Shown here: one piece after another, positions 30,101-39,900 of the stretch
Numbering within the stretch: position 1 is the first letter of the stretch
Layout: each line of letters begins with the position of its first letter
Assembly (NCBI GenBank): GCA_023205875.1
Contig: CP060756.1
Location: 1,302,001 to 1,366,000 of the forward strand
Length of the DNA: 64,000 nucleotides
Direction: 5' to 3'
DNA from: Chloropicon primus
Lineage: Eukaryota
Program-made: the position numbers and the translations under genes
The notes under the pieces: model-generated
What the model was told of the DNA's origin: nothing
What the model saw: the letters and a program-made list of their open reading frames with translations, nothing else
Databases searched by the model: none

Positions 30101-32172
30101 GTTTTCAGGTCAATCGCAAAGAAGGTGTGGACAATCTTATCCACAACCCTGCATCTCAGTGCCACCGTGTCTCCGTCACCTGGGGACACCAGGGGGTCCT
30201 TCGACTCCAAAGGCCGGAGCAACGTCTTGCCAACCCGCATTCCTTCCAGAGCGGGCGGTCTGGTGGTCTGGTCAGCACCTCTTCCCACCGCCCCATCGCC
30301 CTTTGGCTTGGCTCTCCACTCCTCGTCGAACAGCCTGCCAATCTCTAACGCTTCCTCCAGACTCAACAATATCGAGAAGGGGCTCACCTCCAGTCCCCCC
30401 TCCTTGCTGTCGAGGCGCTTCTGGTAGTACAAGCTGGTCCGTCTCACTATGTAACTCTCGGACAACTCCCGCAGGCTTTTCAAGGCGAACCAACTTCTGT
30501 CGATACCAAGGTAACGGATGCTGGCCTCCGAATAGTACTGCAGGTGCAGAGTGACGCCAAGTCCAAAGTAAATGTCTTCGCGGCGCCCCGTGCTTCCCAC
30601 GTGCACTTCGAACTTTATGAAGTCCAAGTTCAGGACCTTCTTAGGTTTCGCCTCAGGTGATGGAGGAAGGGACAACTGACCCTGACTGCGAACATCGTCT
30701 CCAGTAGCAGGAGCCCTGGTCTTGGTGGACCGCGTGAAGTGCAGCAGCTTGGCAAGCGCTGCTGTCCCGACGAAAATAAATCCCGGTTTTATCGTCGCGT
30801 ACAATTTGCTTTTCGGCTGCTGGAGTTCGACTCCGATCTTCCCCTCCCTTTGAGGACGTTGGTGAAAGTCCCTCTCCTTTTTCTGACTGTGCAACAGAAC
30901 CGACGGGAGCGAGCAGTCGACGTTCATCTCCTTCTCGCCGTCGGAATTGAGAGTCCCCCGGGCCGTGCACACCAGGTTGTCGACGATAATGTTTCCGGTG
31001 CCCCCCCCGCCGTGCACTGTCATTTGGGCGTGGAGGAACTCGACCAGCGTTTGCAGGGCCATGGCACCGTTTTCCGCGCGCTGAACGACCACGCGAGCCG
31101 AGCAGTTCCTGAGTGAGACCATGCCCCTCATGTCGTTCTGGTCCATCAAGAACACAAAGTTCGGAATCCGGAAACCTGCTTTGAGGCCCTCGTTCGAGGA
31201 CTGGAGCTCCAACCTCATCTCGAAGCACCTCCTGTGAGCCTTTCTCACCTTCATGTTCGGGAACAGGGACGACACGAAGGCCGAGCTGGAGGCCGTGGCC
31301 AGGAGGACCTTGCTCAAGGCGATCGCCCGGTCACTCGGCAGGCCCAAGGCCTCGAAGACAAAAAGCGCAACCTCGCTGTTGTAGAACGAGGAGTAGAACG
31401 TGAACGCCAGGAGGGACAGCGCAACGAAGTTCATGACATCCCTGACGAGCCTTTCGACGGGCCCCGGCTTCCTCCTGCTCACGATCTTCGAGACGACTTT
31501 GCTCCAGCAGGCCTTGTTCGAACGATAGGAGAGTTCGGACCCGAGGAACCGCTTCCGAAGGCTCTTCCCCACGAAGCGCATGTGGGGGGGGATGACGAAC
31601 CTCCCCACCCTCACCACCTGGTCCGCCTCGCCATCCTTGCTGATCCTTGCCGACAGCCTCCTGACGTGAATCGAGAGCAGCGCCAGAAGGGGGTGGGATA
31701 TGATACGCAGGCCGAGCAGGAAGCCCGGATTTGTGCACTTCCACAGCAAGAGAAAGAGCGGATCCCCCTCCTCCTTCGCCTCCCTCTCGGCGGCCGGCGA
31801 CTCGGCGGCCGGCGACTCGTCGCCCTCCGGTGGGGGACTCCCCGTCGCTGACCCCTCACCCCCCCCCTCGACCTCCCCCTCGTCTCCCCCCAACCCCTGC
31901 GTCGTCAAGTCGACGAAGGAGTCGTTGATGCTCGCGTACACCGATGGCGGCCAGAGCGACGCCCCGAGCTCGAGCTTGGACCACCCCAAGATGCTTTCCC
32001 TCGTCGACTCGCGGTACAGGTGCAGGTCAGACACCCTCAAGGAAAAGGCAGTTGGGTTCACCTCCACCCCGGCAGTCACGTTCTCCTCCACGTCCACGCC
32101 CCTCCTCAAGGCCACCTTGAGCGTAGACTTGAGGAGGCCCGTCAAAAAGAACTGCGACCCCGGCAAGTGCAT
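27163..32172 (-). CDS. Large protein (~1670 aa) with two IQ-like motifs; possible VPS13/ATG2-like bridge lipid-transfer protein
   Basis: Long single ORF rich in beta-strand pattern. The N-terminus resembles Chorein_N. IQ-like AARKIQKAWKG and AATKIQKWWRK. C-terminal AVKGAETNGLKGVYSAV resembles ATG_C/VPS13_C. Confidence 0.5.
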   Translation of the reverse strand: MHLPGSQFFLTGLLKSTLKVALRRGVDVEENVTAGVEVNPTAFSLRVSDLHLYRESTRESILGWSKLELGASLWPPSVYASINDSFVDLTTQGLGGDEGEVEGGGEGSATGSPPPEGDESPAAESPAAEREAKEEGDPLFLLLWKCTNPGFLLGLRIISHPLLALLSIHVRRLSARISKDGEADQVVRVGRFVIPPHMRFVGKSLRKRFLGSELSYRSNKACWSKVVSKIVSRRKPGPVERLVRDVMNFVALSLLAFTFYSSFYNSEVALFVFEALGLPSDRAIALSKVLLATASSSAFVSSLFPNMKVRKAHRRCFEMRLELQSSNEGLKAGFRIPNFVFLMDQNDMRGMVSLRNCSARVVVQRAENGAMALQTLVEFLHAQMTVHGGGGTGNIIVDNLVCTARGTLNSDGEKEMNVDCSLPSVLLHSQKKERDFHQRPQREGKIGVELQQPKSKLYATIKPGFIFVGTAALAKLLHFTRSTKTRAPATGDDVRSQGQLSLPPSPEAKPKKVLNLDFIKFEVHVGSTGRREDIYFGLGVTLHLQYYSEASIRYLGIDRSWFALKSLRELSESYIVRRTSLYYQKRLDSKEGGLEVSPFSILLSLEEALEIGRLFDEEWRAKPKGDGAVGRGADQTTRPPALEGMRVGKTLLRPLESKDPLVSPGDGDTVALRCRVVDKIVHTFFAIDLKTHEAMVSHLAPNLLQCNSVCSLFKVHRIRGSKFFRLGLCGYDGWENYFVALGKKGKVTISRFGSVFGLDRTGKIFCKKERLPLSLSKRGIFFFHKGTPGQVELVGVGSAPAAPVPVFEMQCQQVQLHLLSRKDETVLDEKAFPLVTDGLDHELCRIVLSLSTSVLGSRCVSQMEVNLALAVLLRDSEDPSEPMLTACQVSRVVVCSSAAIAGHQADNQGVPESLFGVYLWSPMDIEINECAIECLAIILQGLQGATVGKFHVRHLRKLQSTLCVTGYSRKKRTTPKARKPAKAPVSGTQISVYHVAQINFKVVSTQTNPKCQLLVGRLVQASARTGASVGLDDTRVAIHRFDIDTHHPDAESVVCLRRRGLPNNPLRQNATQGEAAQINVHLRLESAPANNNSEEGLSLFLYLSPVSIVVHEPIVQQLMTLFPTYNKKEVEAARKIQKAWKGNKQRERGESGAKTKSSWGERPESESERLRAGSGGRKDPRKRKWFWGRRDQGKLDRSSAAATKIQKWWRKKKDGEVQEKKRRASGWMDGNRKIKVIDVLLPDIEATFKLSRSSDNMTATLAQAVEVNSVLSDFETILNVLGAPEIGTVHLFQKRILLSDIEMSGKDIAKTVSQQLTQSVLLAIARESVDFKVPWVDTAVDQYLEAVGNRRGTTEPGEKQDRKRGGNWITRPWRLFVDPLVFVCRATAASVKHAGWTIIISTASDMTDSAVKGAETNGLKGVYSAVTLSSLRMLTTPPKQAMFRLWASRNALTSDLTATFRLSEAVGMNDTYLEAYLQGIVDHVFQLKNCQVSIEDNLLSIRNLPILESEREELLDYVEFIMASEGLIEGDELSTKKSMHITGLDSSSFSAKLRHLSQKRKDPRRQLLMIVSSFVQNVAIVLASGSLARALPFHKLVRRRCGNKWVRRGLGTAIVFGYRRLSWVIPTSFAKKVCHTYLLSLAFSKEEEEEGGEERQAIDGRRREQASQQ

Positions 32173-32347
32173 CTCCTCACCCCTCCCTCCCCTCCCCCTC
32201 ACTTCCACCAACGCTTCACCCTATCCATATCCTCCAGTCCTTGGTCCCCCCCCCAGTAACCGCCCGCCCCCTCCTGGTTGAATTTTTTTTTTTTTTCCAG
32301 CAGCCGTCAGTTCGTTCCCCCGGAGGTGGTGTCTGCAGACAGACGAC

Positions 32348-34609
32348 ATGAACAACGACCAGGCCAAGGTGTTCGACAAGAACACGCTCGATAACTTGAG
32401 GGTAAGGAGAACGGGGAGTTTGGATCGGACGCGGACACCGCGACGACTTCTTGAACGTTTCTTTCCTCCAAACGAACGGAACCACTGACCCGAGCGACGA
32501 CGGCTTCCTCCTCCTCCTCCTCCTCTCTCCGAGCAGAACCTCGTGAAGCGGGACGCCGAGGGGTATCGGCACGAGTTCTTGCTCCAGTTCAAGCACTATG
32601 AGGCGACGAGGGACATTTTCTTGCTGCAGCCGAGCAAGAACTCCAAGGAGTTTGCGGACCTCATCATGTTTATTGCTCAGGTGTCGCACTGCTACCCTGA
32701 GGACTGCAAGACCTTCCGCAAGGAGCTCATGGAGCTGCTGGAGAAGCACGCGAGCGTGCTTGACGCCATGCTGCGGCGGTCTCTCGTGCAGGCTCTGATA
32801 CTGATCCGGAACAGGGGCCTCATCCAGGCCCAGGAGCTCCTGCCCTTGCTCTTCAAGCTCTTCCGCTGCCAGGACAAGCTGCTGAGGAAGTCCATCTTCC
32901 AGCACATCGTGGCCGACCTGCAGAGGAGCAACGCCAAGCGCAGGGACGACAAGTTGAACAGGAAGATCCAGAACTTTCTCTACTCGGTTGTCGGGGAGGA
33001 CAACGAGCTCGCCGCCAAGAAGTCCCTCTGCGTTCTGACACAGATGTACCACAAGAGGATCTGGTCCGACGCCAACACGGTCAACGTGGTGGCGAACGCC
33101 GTGTTCCACAAGAGCCCGAGGATCACGGTGGCCGCCCTCAAGTTCTTCATGGGACACGACGACATGGACTCGGACATGGAGTCCGACGACGAGGACACGA
33201 ACCTGGAGACGGCCACGAGGGAGGACATTTACAAGGCCTTCAAGAAGGGAACCAAGTCCTCGAAGAAGAAGAAGCAGGCGAAACTGAAGAGGGTTCAGCT
33301 GGCGATGAAGAAAGTTCAGAAGGGTCACATGGACAAGGGAAAGTCTTACTCGTTCACGGCGATACAGCTGCTTCACGACCCCCAGGGCTTTGGGGAGAGG
33401 CTCTTCTCCAAGCTGAACAAGACGAACGAGAGGTGGGAGACCAAGCTGCTGATGATGAACGTGATCAGCAGGGTCGTCGGAGTCCACCAGCTCCTGATCC
33501 TGAACTATTACTCGTTCTTGCAAAAGTATCTCCAGCCGCACCAGAGGGAAGTCACGCAGGTTCTCAGCGCCCTGATCCAAGCGACGCACAACCTCGTCCC
33601 GGACGACGTCCTGGCTCCCGTTCTGAGGCAGCTCTGCAACTACTTCATCAACGACAAGTCGAGGCCCGAGGCCATGGTCGTGGGCCTGAAGACGGTGAGG
33701 GAGATGTGCGTCAGGCAGCCCCTGATCATGACCTCGGACCTCCTGCAGGACCTGGCCCAGTACAAGAAGTTCAAGGAGAAGGGCGTGTCCATGGCGGCGA
33801 GGTCCCTCATCGGCCTCTTCAGAATCCTGTCTCCCAACATGCTGCACAAGAAGGACCGGGGCAAGGGGGCGGACGGCGACGCCACGGTGGAAGCTTACGG
33901 CGCCTTCTCGCCGTCCAGTGGCGTGGACGGAATCGAGCTCCTCAGGAACGCTCCCTCGGACAGCGACATGGACAGCGACATGGAGGAGGCCGGAGAGTCC
34001 AGCGACGAGGAGGAGGACGCTGGCCCCGCGTCCGGTTCCGGTTCCGAGGACGAAGGGGAGGCCGACGAGCAGCAGGGCGAGATGAGCCTGAGGCAGCTGA
34101 AGAAGCTGGCATCCAAGTCCAAGTCCAAGAAGGAGGAAGAGGAGGAGGCTGCCGACGAAATGGAGGAGGACTGGGACAACGGCATTCTCTCGCAGGAGGA
34201 CTTCGAGCGCATCAGGGAGCTCAAGCAGAGGGCCCTGGTCAAGCAGATGATGAGCAAGTACGGCCTCAAGGAGGACAGCGTTGCGTTCCACAACACCATG
34301 GAGGAGGCGGAGAAGCTCCTCAACTCGAGGCAGATCGTCTCGGACAGGAAAGTGGACGCCGAGGACCTGGAGTACACCAAGCGCTACACGAAGACCAAGG
34401 AGGAGAGGCTGCAGTCGGTCCTCGCGGGTCGCGAGGGGAGAGAGGGATTCACCGCTGCCGCCAGCAGGAGGAAGTCCAAGGCCGGAGGCCTCTCCAACAG
34501 GGAGAAGAAGAAGAAGAAGTTCATGCCCTTGGCCGCCAGGGTCAGCCAGGCCAAGAGCAGGAAAAGGAACAAAAAGTGGAGGCAGCAGGGCAAGCATAAG
34601 AACGTGTAA
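32348..34609 (+). CDS. SDA1: Ribosome biogenesis protein SDA1
   Basis: NLVKRDAEGYRHEF, FTAIQLLHDPQGFGERLF, YLQPHQREVT, ILSQEDFERI, TKEERL..GREGRE, LSNREKKKKK; intron from 32402 to ~32536. Confidence 0.94.
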
Positions 34610-34810
34610 CGCAACACAAATTCATCTCTTTCATCGGGTTTCACCACCCAGAGAGCAGGCAGAAGCTGGCCCATCTACCTTCTCCACTTCAATTCACAAC
34701 ATCTCCATCTTTCCCCTCGTTCGGGTCCCTCCCTGGACAGCAGATCTCTCTCTGGGCAGCCCTTCCATACAAAAAAGGAGAGGAGCCGGAGGCCGGCCGC
34801 GCGCGCAGCC

Positions 34811-36880
34811 ATGACTGAAGACGCGTATAGGCGTGACGAGGCGTACCGCCATGTGTCCGCGGCCGTGCGAGATCCCACCGGCGCAGGTGCCGCGGCGTAC
34901 GCGGAGCTCCTCGCGACCCTGGACAGGGCGAGGGCGACCCTCGCGAACGCACCCCTGGTCGAAGAGGAGAACACCGAGGCGGACCTCGAGCTCAAGGTGG
35001 TGCTGGACAGCGTGGGCTCGAACGTGTCGCTCCTGACGAGGGAGAGCCACTACAACCTGATCGAGAGGCTCTTCGACGGCGTGACGATGGGAAGGGGTTT
35101 GAGCCCGTGGTTTCTGGAGCAGAACTCGAGGCGGAGTTTGCTGGACCTGCTGACGAACTTGGTGGTGAGCGGCTCGCTGGCGAACACGGCGCTGGACTTC
35201 TTGGTGCGGTCGTTCTGTCCCCCCCTCGGGCTGAGGCAGTGGAGCGGGACCGCGGCCACGGAGGTGAGGAGGAGGAGGCAAGGAGCCATCCTGGCCGACC
35301 TGAAGACCACGGTGCAGGCTTGCCTCCGCATGGCGCCCACGCTGTACGAGGAGGTCGTCCAGCAAGTCCTGTCCAAGTGGCCCCACAAGTACATGGACCT
35401 CCTCCGAAGCGAGAGCTACTTCAGGATCGCGTTTTGGTTGGCGCGGGGACCCGCTCGGCACGCCGCAGACAGGATCGTATCGTGTGCGGTGAACGCCCTG
35501 GTGGAGCTTGACGTGGAGACCAAGTGGGAGGGGGTGGGGGACCTCGCGCAGCTGGAGGACTTCCCGACGCCTGAGAAGGCGCAGAAGAGGGACGTCGGCG
35601 ACTTCGAGGAACTGGACGAGGCGGACATGTTCGAGTACGGCACGGTGCAGGAGGTGGCGGGAAGCAGCCTGGCGAGGAGCGGCCAGAAGAAGGCAGCAGA
35701 GACGGTGGTGGATGCGGATTCAAACCTGGAGAAGCTGGACGCCCTGGTCCAAATCGGTCTCGAGTACTTGAAGGAAGTGCACGACGAAGGGAGCGGGGCA
35801 GCCGTGCATGAGGCGCTGATGGGCTGCTTTCAGCGGTCGATCTTCCCCGTGCACAACACGAGGCTGACGCAGTTCCTTGTATTCTATTCGTGGTCGAGGC
35901 AGCAAAGTTGCAAAAAAATGATCGTGTTCCTGTCGGGCGTGTTCCGAGCGGCGGGACACCCAGATGAGGCCAGGGCCAGGGCTGTGATGTATCTTGGGAG
36001 CTTCGTCGCTCACGCCGAGAGCCTGCCCTTTGCCCTTTCCTGCGAGGTCATGAGCGTGATCGCAGATTGGTGCGCCCAATTCTGCCAGCACAGTGTCAAG
36101 GGGGACGCTGGAACAGCCGTGGCGGAACCAAGCGGATTTGCGACCTTCTTTTACGCGTTCCAGGCCCTCTTGTACTCGTTTACCTACGTGTCCTCCTCAG
36201 CTCGGGAGGTTGTGCAGTGGAGCTTCTTGAGCAAGCTCTGCAACTCGTGTTTGGTGCAGATATGTTATCACTGGAGCAATCCTTTGGCAAAGTGCTCGAC
36301 GAGCGTGGTGGAAGACTTTCTGCAGCAGGTGACGCGTCTCAAGCTAATTGACCGTGAGACAGTGTCCAAGCTGAGGCAACTGCATGGGGATGCCACCGTG
36401 GAGTCCGACCAGCACTTCCCCTTCAGGTGTGGGAATCTCAAGCTCTGCGGTCCTTTCATCGTCTTGCACGGCGCGTACCGGAGCCAACCCATGAAGCCCG
36501 TGGGCTCGCACGACCACCTGTTCGCAGACATAGATCACCACTTCAAGGTCGGGTCGATGGGACAGAGGTCTGACACGCACTTTTCTCAGAGCCCCAGCAA
36601 CGGCTTTCCTGGAAGCTACCTGTCGGAGGAGGACGACTTCATGCAGTACAATGGGGCCTCGACGGCGAGAGAGGCGTGGTTCGCAGGGAACCAGCGGCCG
36701 ATTCCGATTGGCATGAAGGCGCAAGAGCTGTTTGCGGGGTTTGGTGCCAGTCCCGGGGGTCATGGCGGCAGCCTGTTTTCGGGATCCATGTCCACCAGCC
36801 CAGACATGTCTATGTCACTGAGCGCTTCCCTCAACGAGAACAAGGGCTTTGTCAAGCACTTTGCGAGCTACAAAAAGTAA
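34811..36880 (+). CDS. RRN3: RNA polymerase I transcription initiation factor RRN3 (TIF-IA)
   Basis: WPHKY, LVELDVE, EKLDAL, TQFLVFY, MYLGSFVAHA, FFYAFQALLYSF, NPLAKC motifs in RRN3 order. Confidence 0.85.
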   Translation: MTEDAYRRDEAYRHVSAAVRDPTGAGAAAYAELLATLDRARATLANAPLVEEENTEADLELKVVLDSVGSNVSLLTRESHYNLIERLFDGVTMGRGLSPWFLEQNSRRSLLDLLTNLVVSGSLANTALDFLVRSFCPPLGLRQWSGTAATEVRRRRQGAILADLKTTVQACLRMAPTLYEEVVQQVLSKWPHKYMDLLRSESYFRIAFWLARGPARHAADRIVSCAVNALVELDVETKWEGVGDLAQLEDFPTPEKAQKRDVGDFEELDEADMFEYGTVQEVAGSSLARSGQKKAAETVVDADSNLEKLDALVQIGLEYLKEVHDEGSGAAVHEALMGCFQRSIFPVHNTRLTQFLVFYSWSRQQSCKKMIVFLSGVFRAAGHPDEARARAVMYLGSFVAHAESLPFALSCEVMSVIADWCAQFCQHSVKGDAGTAVAEPSGFATFFYAFQALLYSFTYVSSSAREVVQWSFLSKLCNSCLVQICYHWSNPLAKCSTSVVEDFLQQVTRLKLIDRETVSKLRQLHGDATVESDQHFPFRCGNLKLCGPFIVLHGAYRSQPMKPVGSHDHLFADIDHHFKVGSMGQRSDTHFSQSPSNGFPGSYLSEEDDFMQYNGASTAREAWFAGNQRPIPIGMKAQELFAGFGASPGGHGGSLFSGSMSTSPDMSMSLSASLNENKGFVKHFASYKK

Positions 36881-36919
36881 GGTAATTAAACGTGTATTAA
36901 TAGTATTGATTTTTATTTT

Positions 36920-39900
36920 TCAAGGCATGCTAAAGAGCGAAACGACGACGCCGTCTGGTCCCCTTGTGAGCCAGATTTGCCAATTAGGAATGTCGGAGAA
37001 ACAGTCCAAGATTCCCTCGGAGAGGACCGGAATGTCTGGCCTCCAGCCAGACGCTTCCGCGGGGACGATGCCGATGTTCTGGTCATCGAACCGGATGGGG
37101 GCATCGAACGGCATGAGATCATTCACCATGATCATAGGAGAGTTGTCCGTATTGATCAACTCGTGCAAGGCCGACCAGCAACATGGTATTCCTGGAAGCC
37201 CCCCTGTTCTTTCTAGGTCTGCCATCGTGAAGTGTTCCTTCTTTCGGTGGTCGAAGATGAGATCTGATACGGATGGGACATGACTGCCTTCGTCATCTTC
37301 CTCTGGGCCTACATCTGGCACCAGCGGAGGAAGGAATCTTATCAAGTTTCCTGCGAACGGCTGGAGCTGAGGAATGTGCTGCCGCAGATCCTCCAAGAAA
37401 GTTATCTTGGGGTATCCCGACCTTTCAGAATGTTTCGTGTACTCGCGTTGTTTCTGCCACATGTAAGCCACCACAACGTCGCTTGCCCTTGCGGTGTGCA
37501 AGCATCTTGACTGTACTTGCTCTATCATGGCACTCGGAATGAGGAACCGCATGTAGCTGAGACCCACGCCTTTCAGTGGCCTATACAATCGCGGGACGGG
37601 CGACTCGTTAAGCCACAATCTTGTGAACAGCTCTTTTTGCGTTGGATTGAGAGCATGAAGGGGGCCCGGGTGACTTACTAGAAGCGGCTCGTTTCTGAAA
37701 GACATGGCCCACAAGCTCATGAACCTTCCCATAGTACCGCCGTCGGCGACTGAGTGCATCCAGTCAACAGTCACGTAAGTGCCTGAAATGTCCGATTGGC
37801 GGACCGAATCAGACTCTGCAATTCTCCTGAAAGGGGACCAGAATGAACTCTTCCGCTTCCGCTCCTTCACGATGTGCGTGATCCTTATTCTCATCAAGGG
37901 GGATCCAAATAGGGACGTGTATGCTCTCCAAGCCAAGAACATTGCAACGCCAATGTTGCAGTACAGGAACTGCCATAGCCATACTGCGATAGTCAACTTC
38001 CATATACCGGGGATCACCATGCCAATGTAATCTTGAGGCGTCCACTGTGTAGCACGACCGGTGCGAACTTCGACATGAGCATTCGATCCACCGTACTCGT
38101 AGTATAAATCGCCTTTCCTTTCCACGAGCCTTGATGTCAAGGTTGGGAAAGCATCGAGGACAGGAGACAGGCTCTTCATGAGCTTCTGTTCGTCGATGCC
38201 CCCCTTGAAAAAGTATGTGGACCTCATCCTCGTCCACGCAACATTGATGTCTACGGTGGAGCACGCCGCGTATCGTACCGGTCCATTACTGGTCTGAAGA
38301 GGCTGTATCCTGTACACACCATCTTGCAATGGAAAGCTCACGCCATCCTTTGCCTCAAACAGTTTCTTTGAGGGCCACATCAACAATTGATACCACCTGG
38401 GTAAGCAAGGTGGAATTTGCCTGAATTGCTCAACATTCTCGTCATACAACGGTGGAAGGTATATCGCCTTGTACTGCTTTGAGGTCGTAAGCATTTCGCA
38501 CAAGGATCGTGCAGTCGGGTAGTCGTTGATCAAAGTCCCTGGAAGCTGCACTTTCAATTTATCCTGAAGGGTTGCTCGCAATTGAAGGGATGTCAGAGAG
38601 TCGATCCCGGCATCGAAGAACGTTTCTTCAGGATCAATGTCATCGCACTGCAATATTTCGCGCACAATGTTTATGATCTCTTGCAAGGTGTCTTCCTTCG
38701 TTCCCACTTCTAGCTGGCTGATCTCCTCCACCAAGGCCTTTCTCTCTACCCTTGTGGAGCTTGAAATCGGCACGGTTTGCAGGTCCACATTGTGCTGCTT
38801 TGGGCTTTGAATTCCAGTAAGAACACCAATGCATGTCTCATCTTCACGCAAACACAGCGATGCTGTCCCGTCATCATTTGTGTAGCATTCCAGCTGAACG
38901 AGATTCGAGGACCCTCCAACAATCCAAATGGATTCGCACGAGGCAAAGTGAGCTGCAGCTGGATTCCTGTCACTAGGATCAAAGGTTTGCCCTAGATAGG
39001 AACATCCTGCATGGAGGATAGACGGATGGCACATGTAGCCTTCTCCGTCTCTCTTGTAGTACACTTCACCCATGGCTTTCTGATGTCCGGCTTCAAGTCT
39101 CTTTGCACCCTTGCTTGATGTCTTCTTTGCTCTTTCAAAGGACTTTTGAATCTCGCTAGTTGAAACGCATTCATCACCAATGAGAATGTTTATCAAACCA
39201 CTCTTTGTCCAGATTGATGCATCTAAGACCAGCAGTGTACTTGCTTTCAGTTGATCCCTGTGCGCAGACACTGACCTGGTCATCACAAGCTCTCTGACAA
39301 AGAATGGCGAGGACCGTGCAACAAGATTTGTGGATTCCACTGTGAACTCCACCGTGGCGAACTCAGAGACAATCAAAGCCTCAGGAGAACTGCTGTACAC
39401 CAGCTCCGACAGCTGGCTTCCATTTAGAAGACATTGAATACTGGTAGATCCTGAACCGTCGTTCAGAGTGGAACCGGTCATCCTCTTCCACATCGGAAGA
39501 ACAGAACATCTCTCATCCTTTCTCAGTAGTGAATTCACTTTTTTGCCTTTCATTGTATCTCCCGATGGAATCATCATGGACACATGGGCATTTGTTCCCT
39601 GAAAAGCAAAGGAGCTGATACCGCAGAGTTTATCGCTCAGGTGAGCATGACTCACACTGATGTTGGCATTTTGCATCCCAAAATATGGGCTCCGCTGCCC
39701 CTGGCTATGCTTCAAGATATCGATTATGTGAGGATTCAAGTTGCGAAGATGGGTGAAAGGAAGGTACTTCCTCATTTCCAACGAGGTCACTGAGTGTGCA
39801 ATTGCCATGACACCAGCAGCTACTTCTGAGTGCCCTATTGAAGACTTCACAGTGAAGAATGAGATCGGATCTGAATGTTCAGACAAATCTTTCACATCAC

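Noticed and set aside
32216..34597. Long antisense ORFs (793 aa here; also 7160-8914, 8861-10546, 10321-12252, 15351-17078, 22280-23554)
   Set aside because: Shadow ORFs opposite well-supported genes, caused by high GC3 codon bias.
7478..36920. Biosynthetic cluster linking the hydroxylase and tyrosinase to the PKS
   Set aside because: Separated by 20-30 kb of unrelated housekeeping genes; no supporting evidence, and no AT or PPTase in the window.
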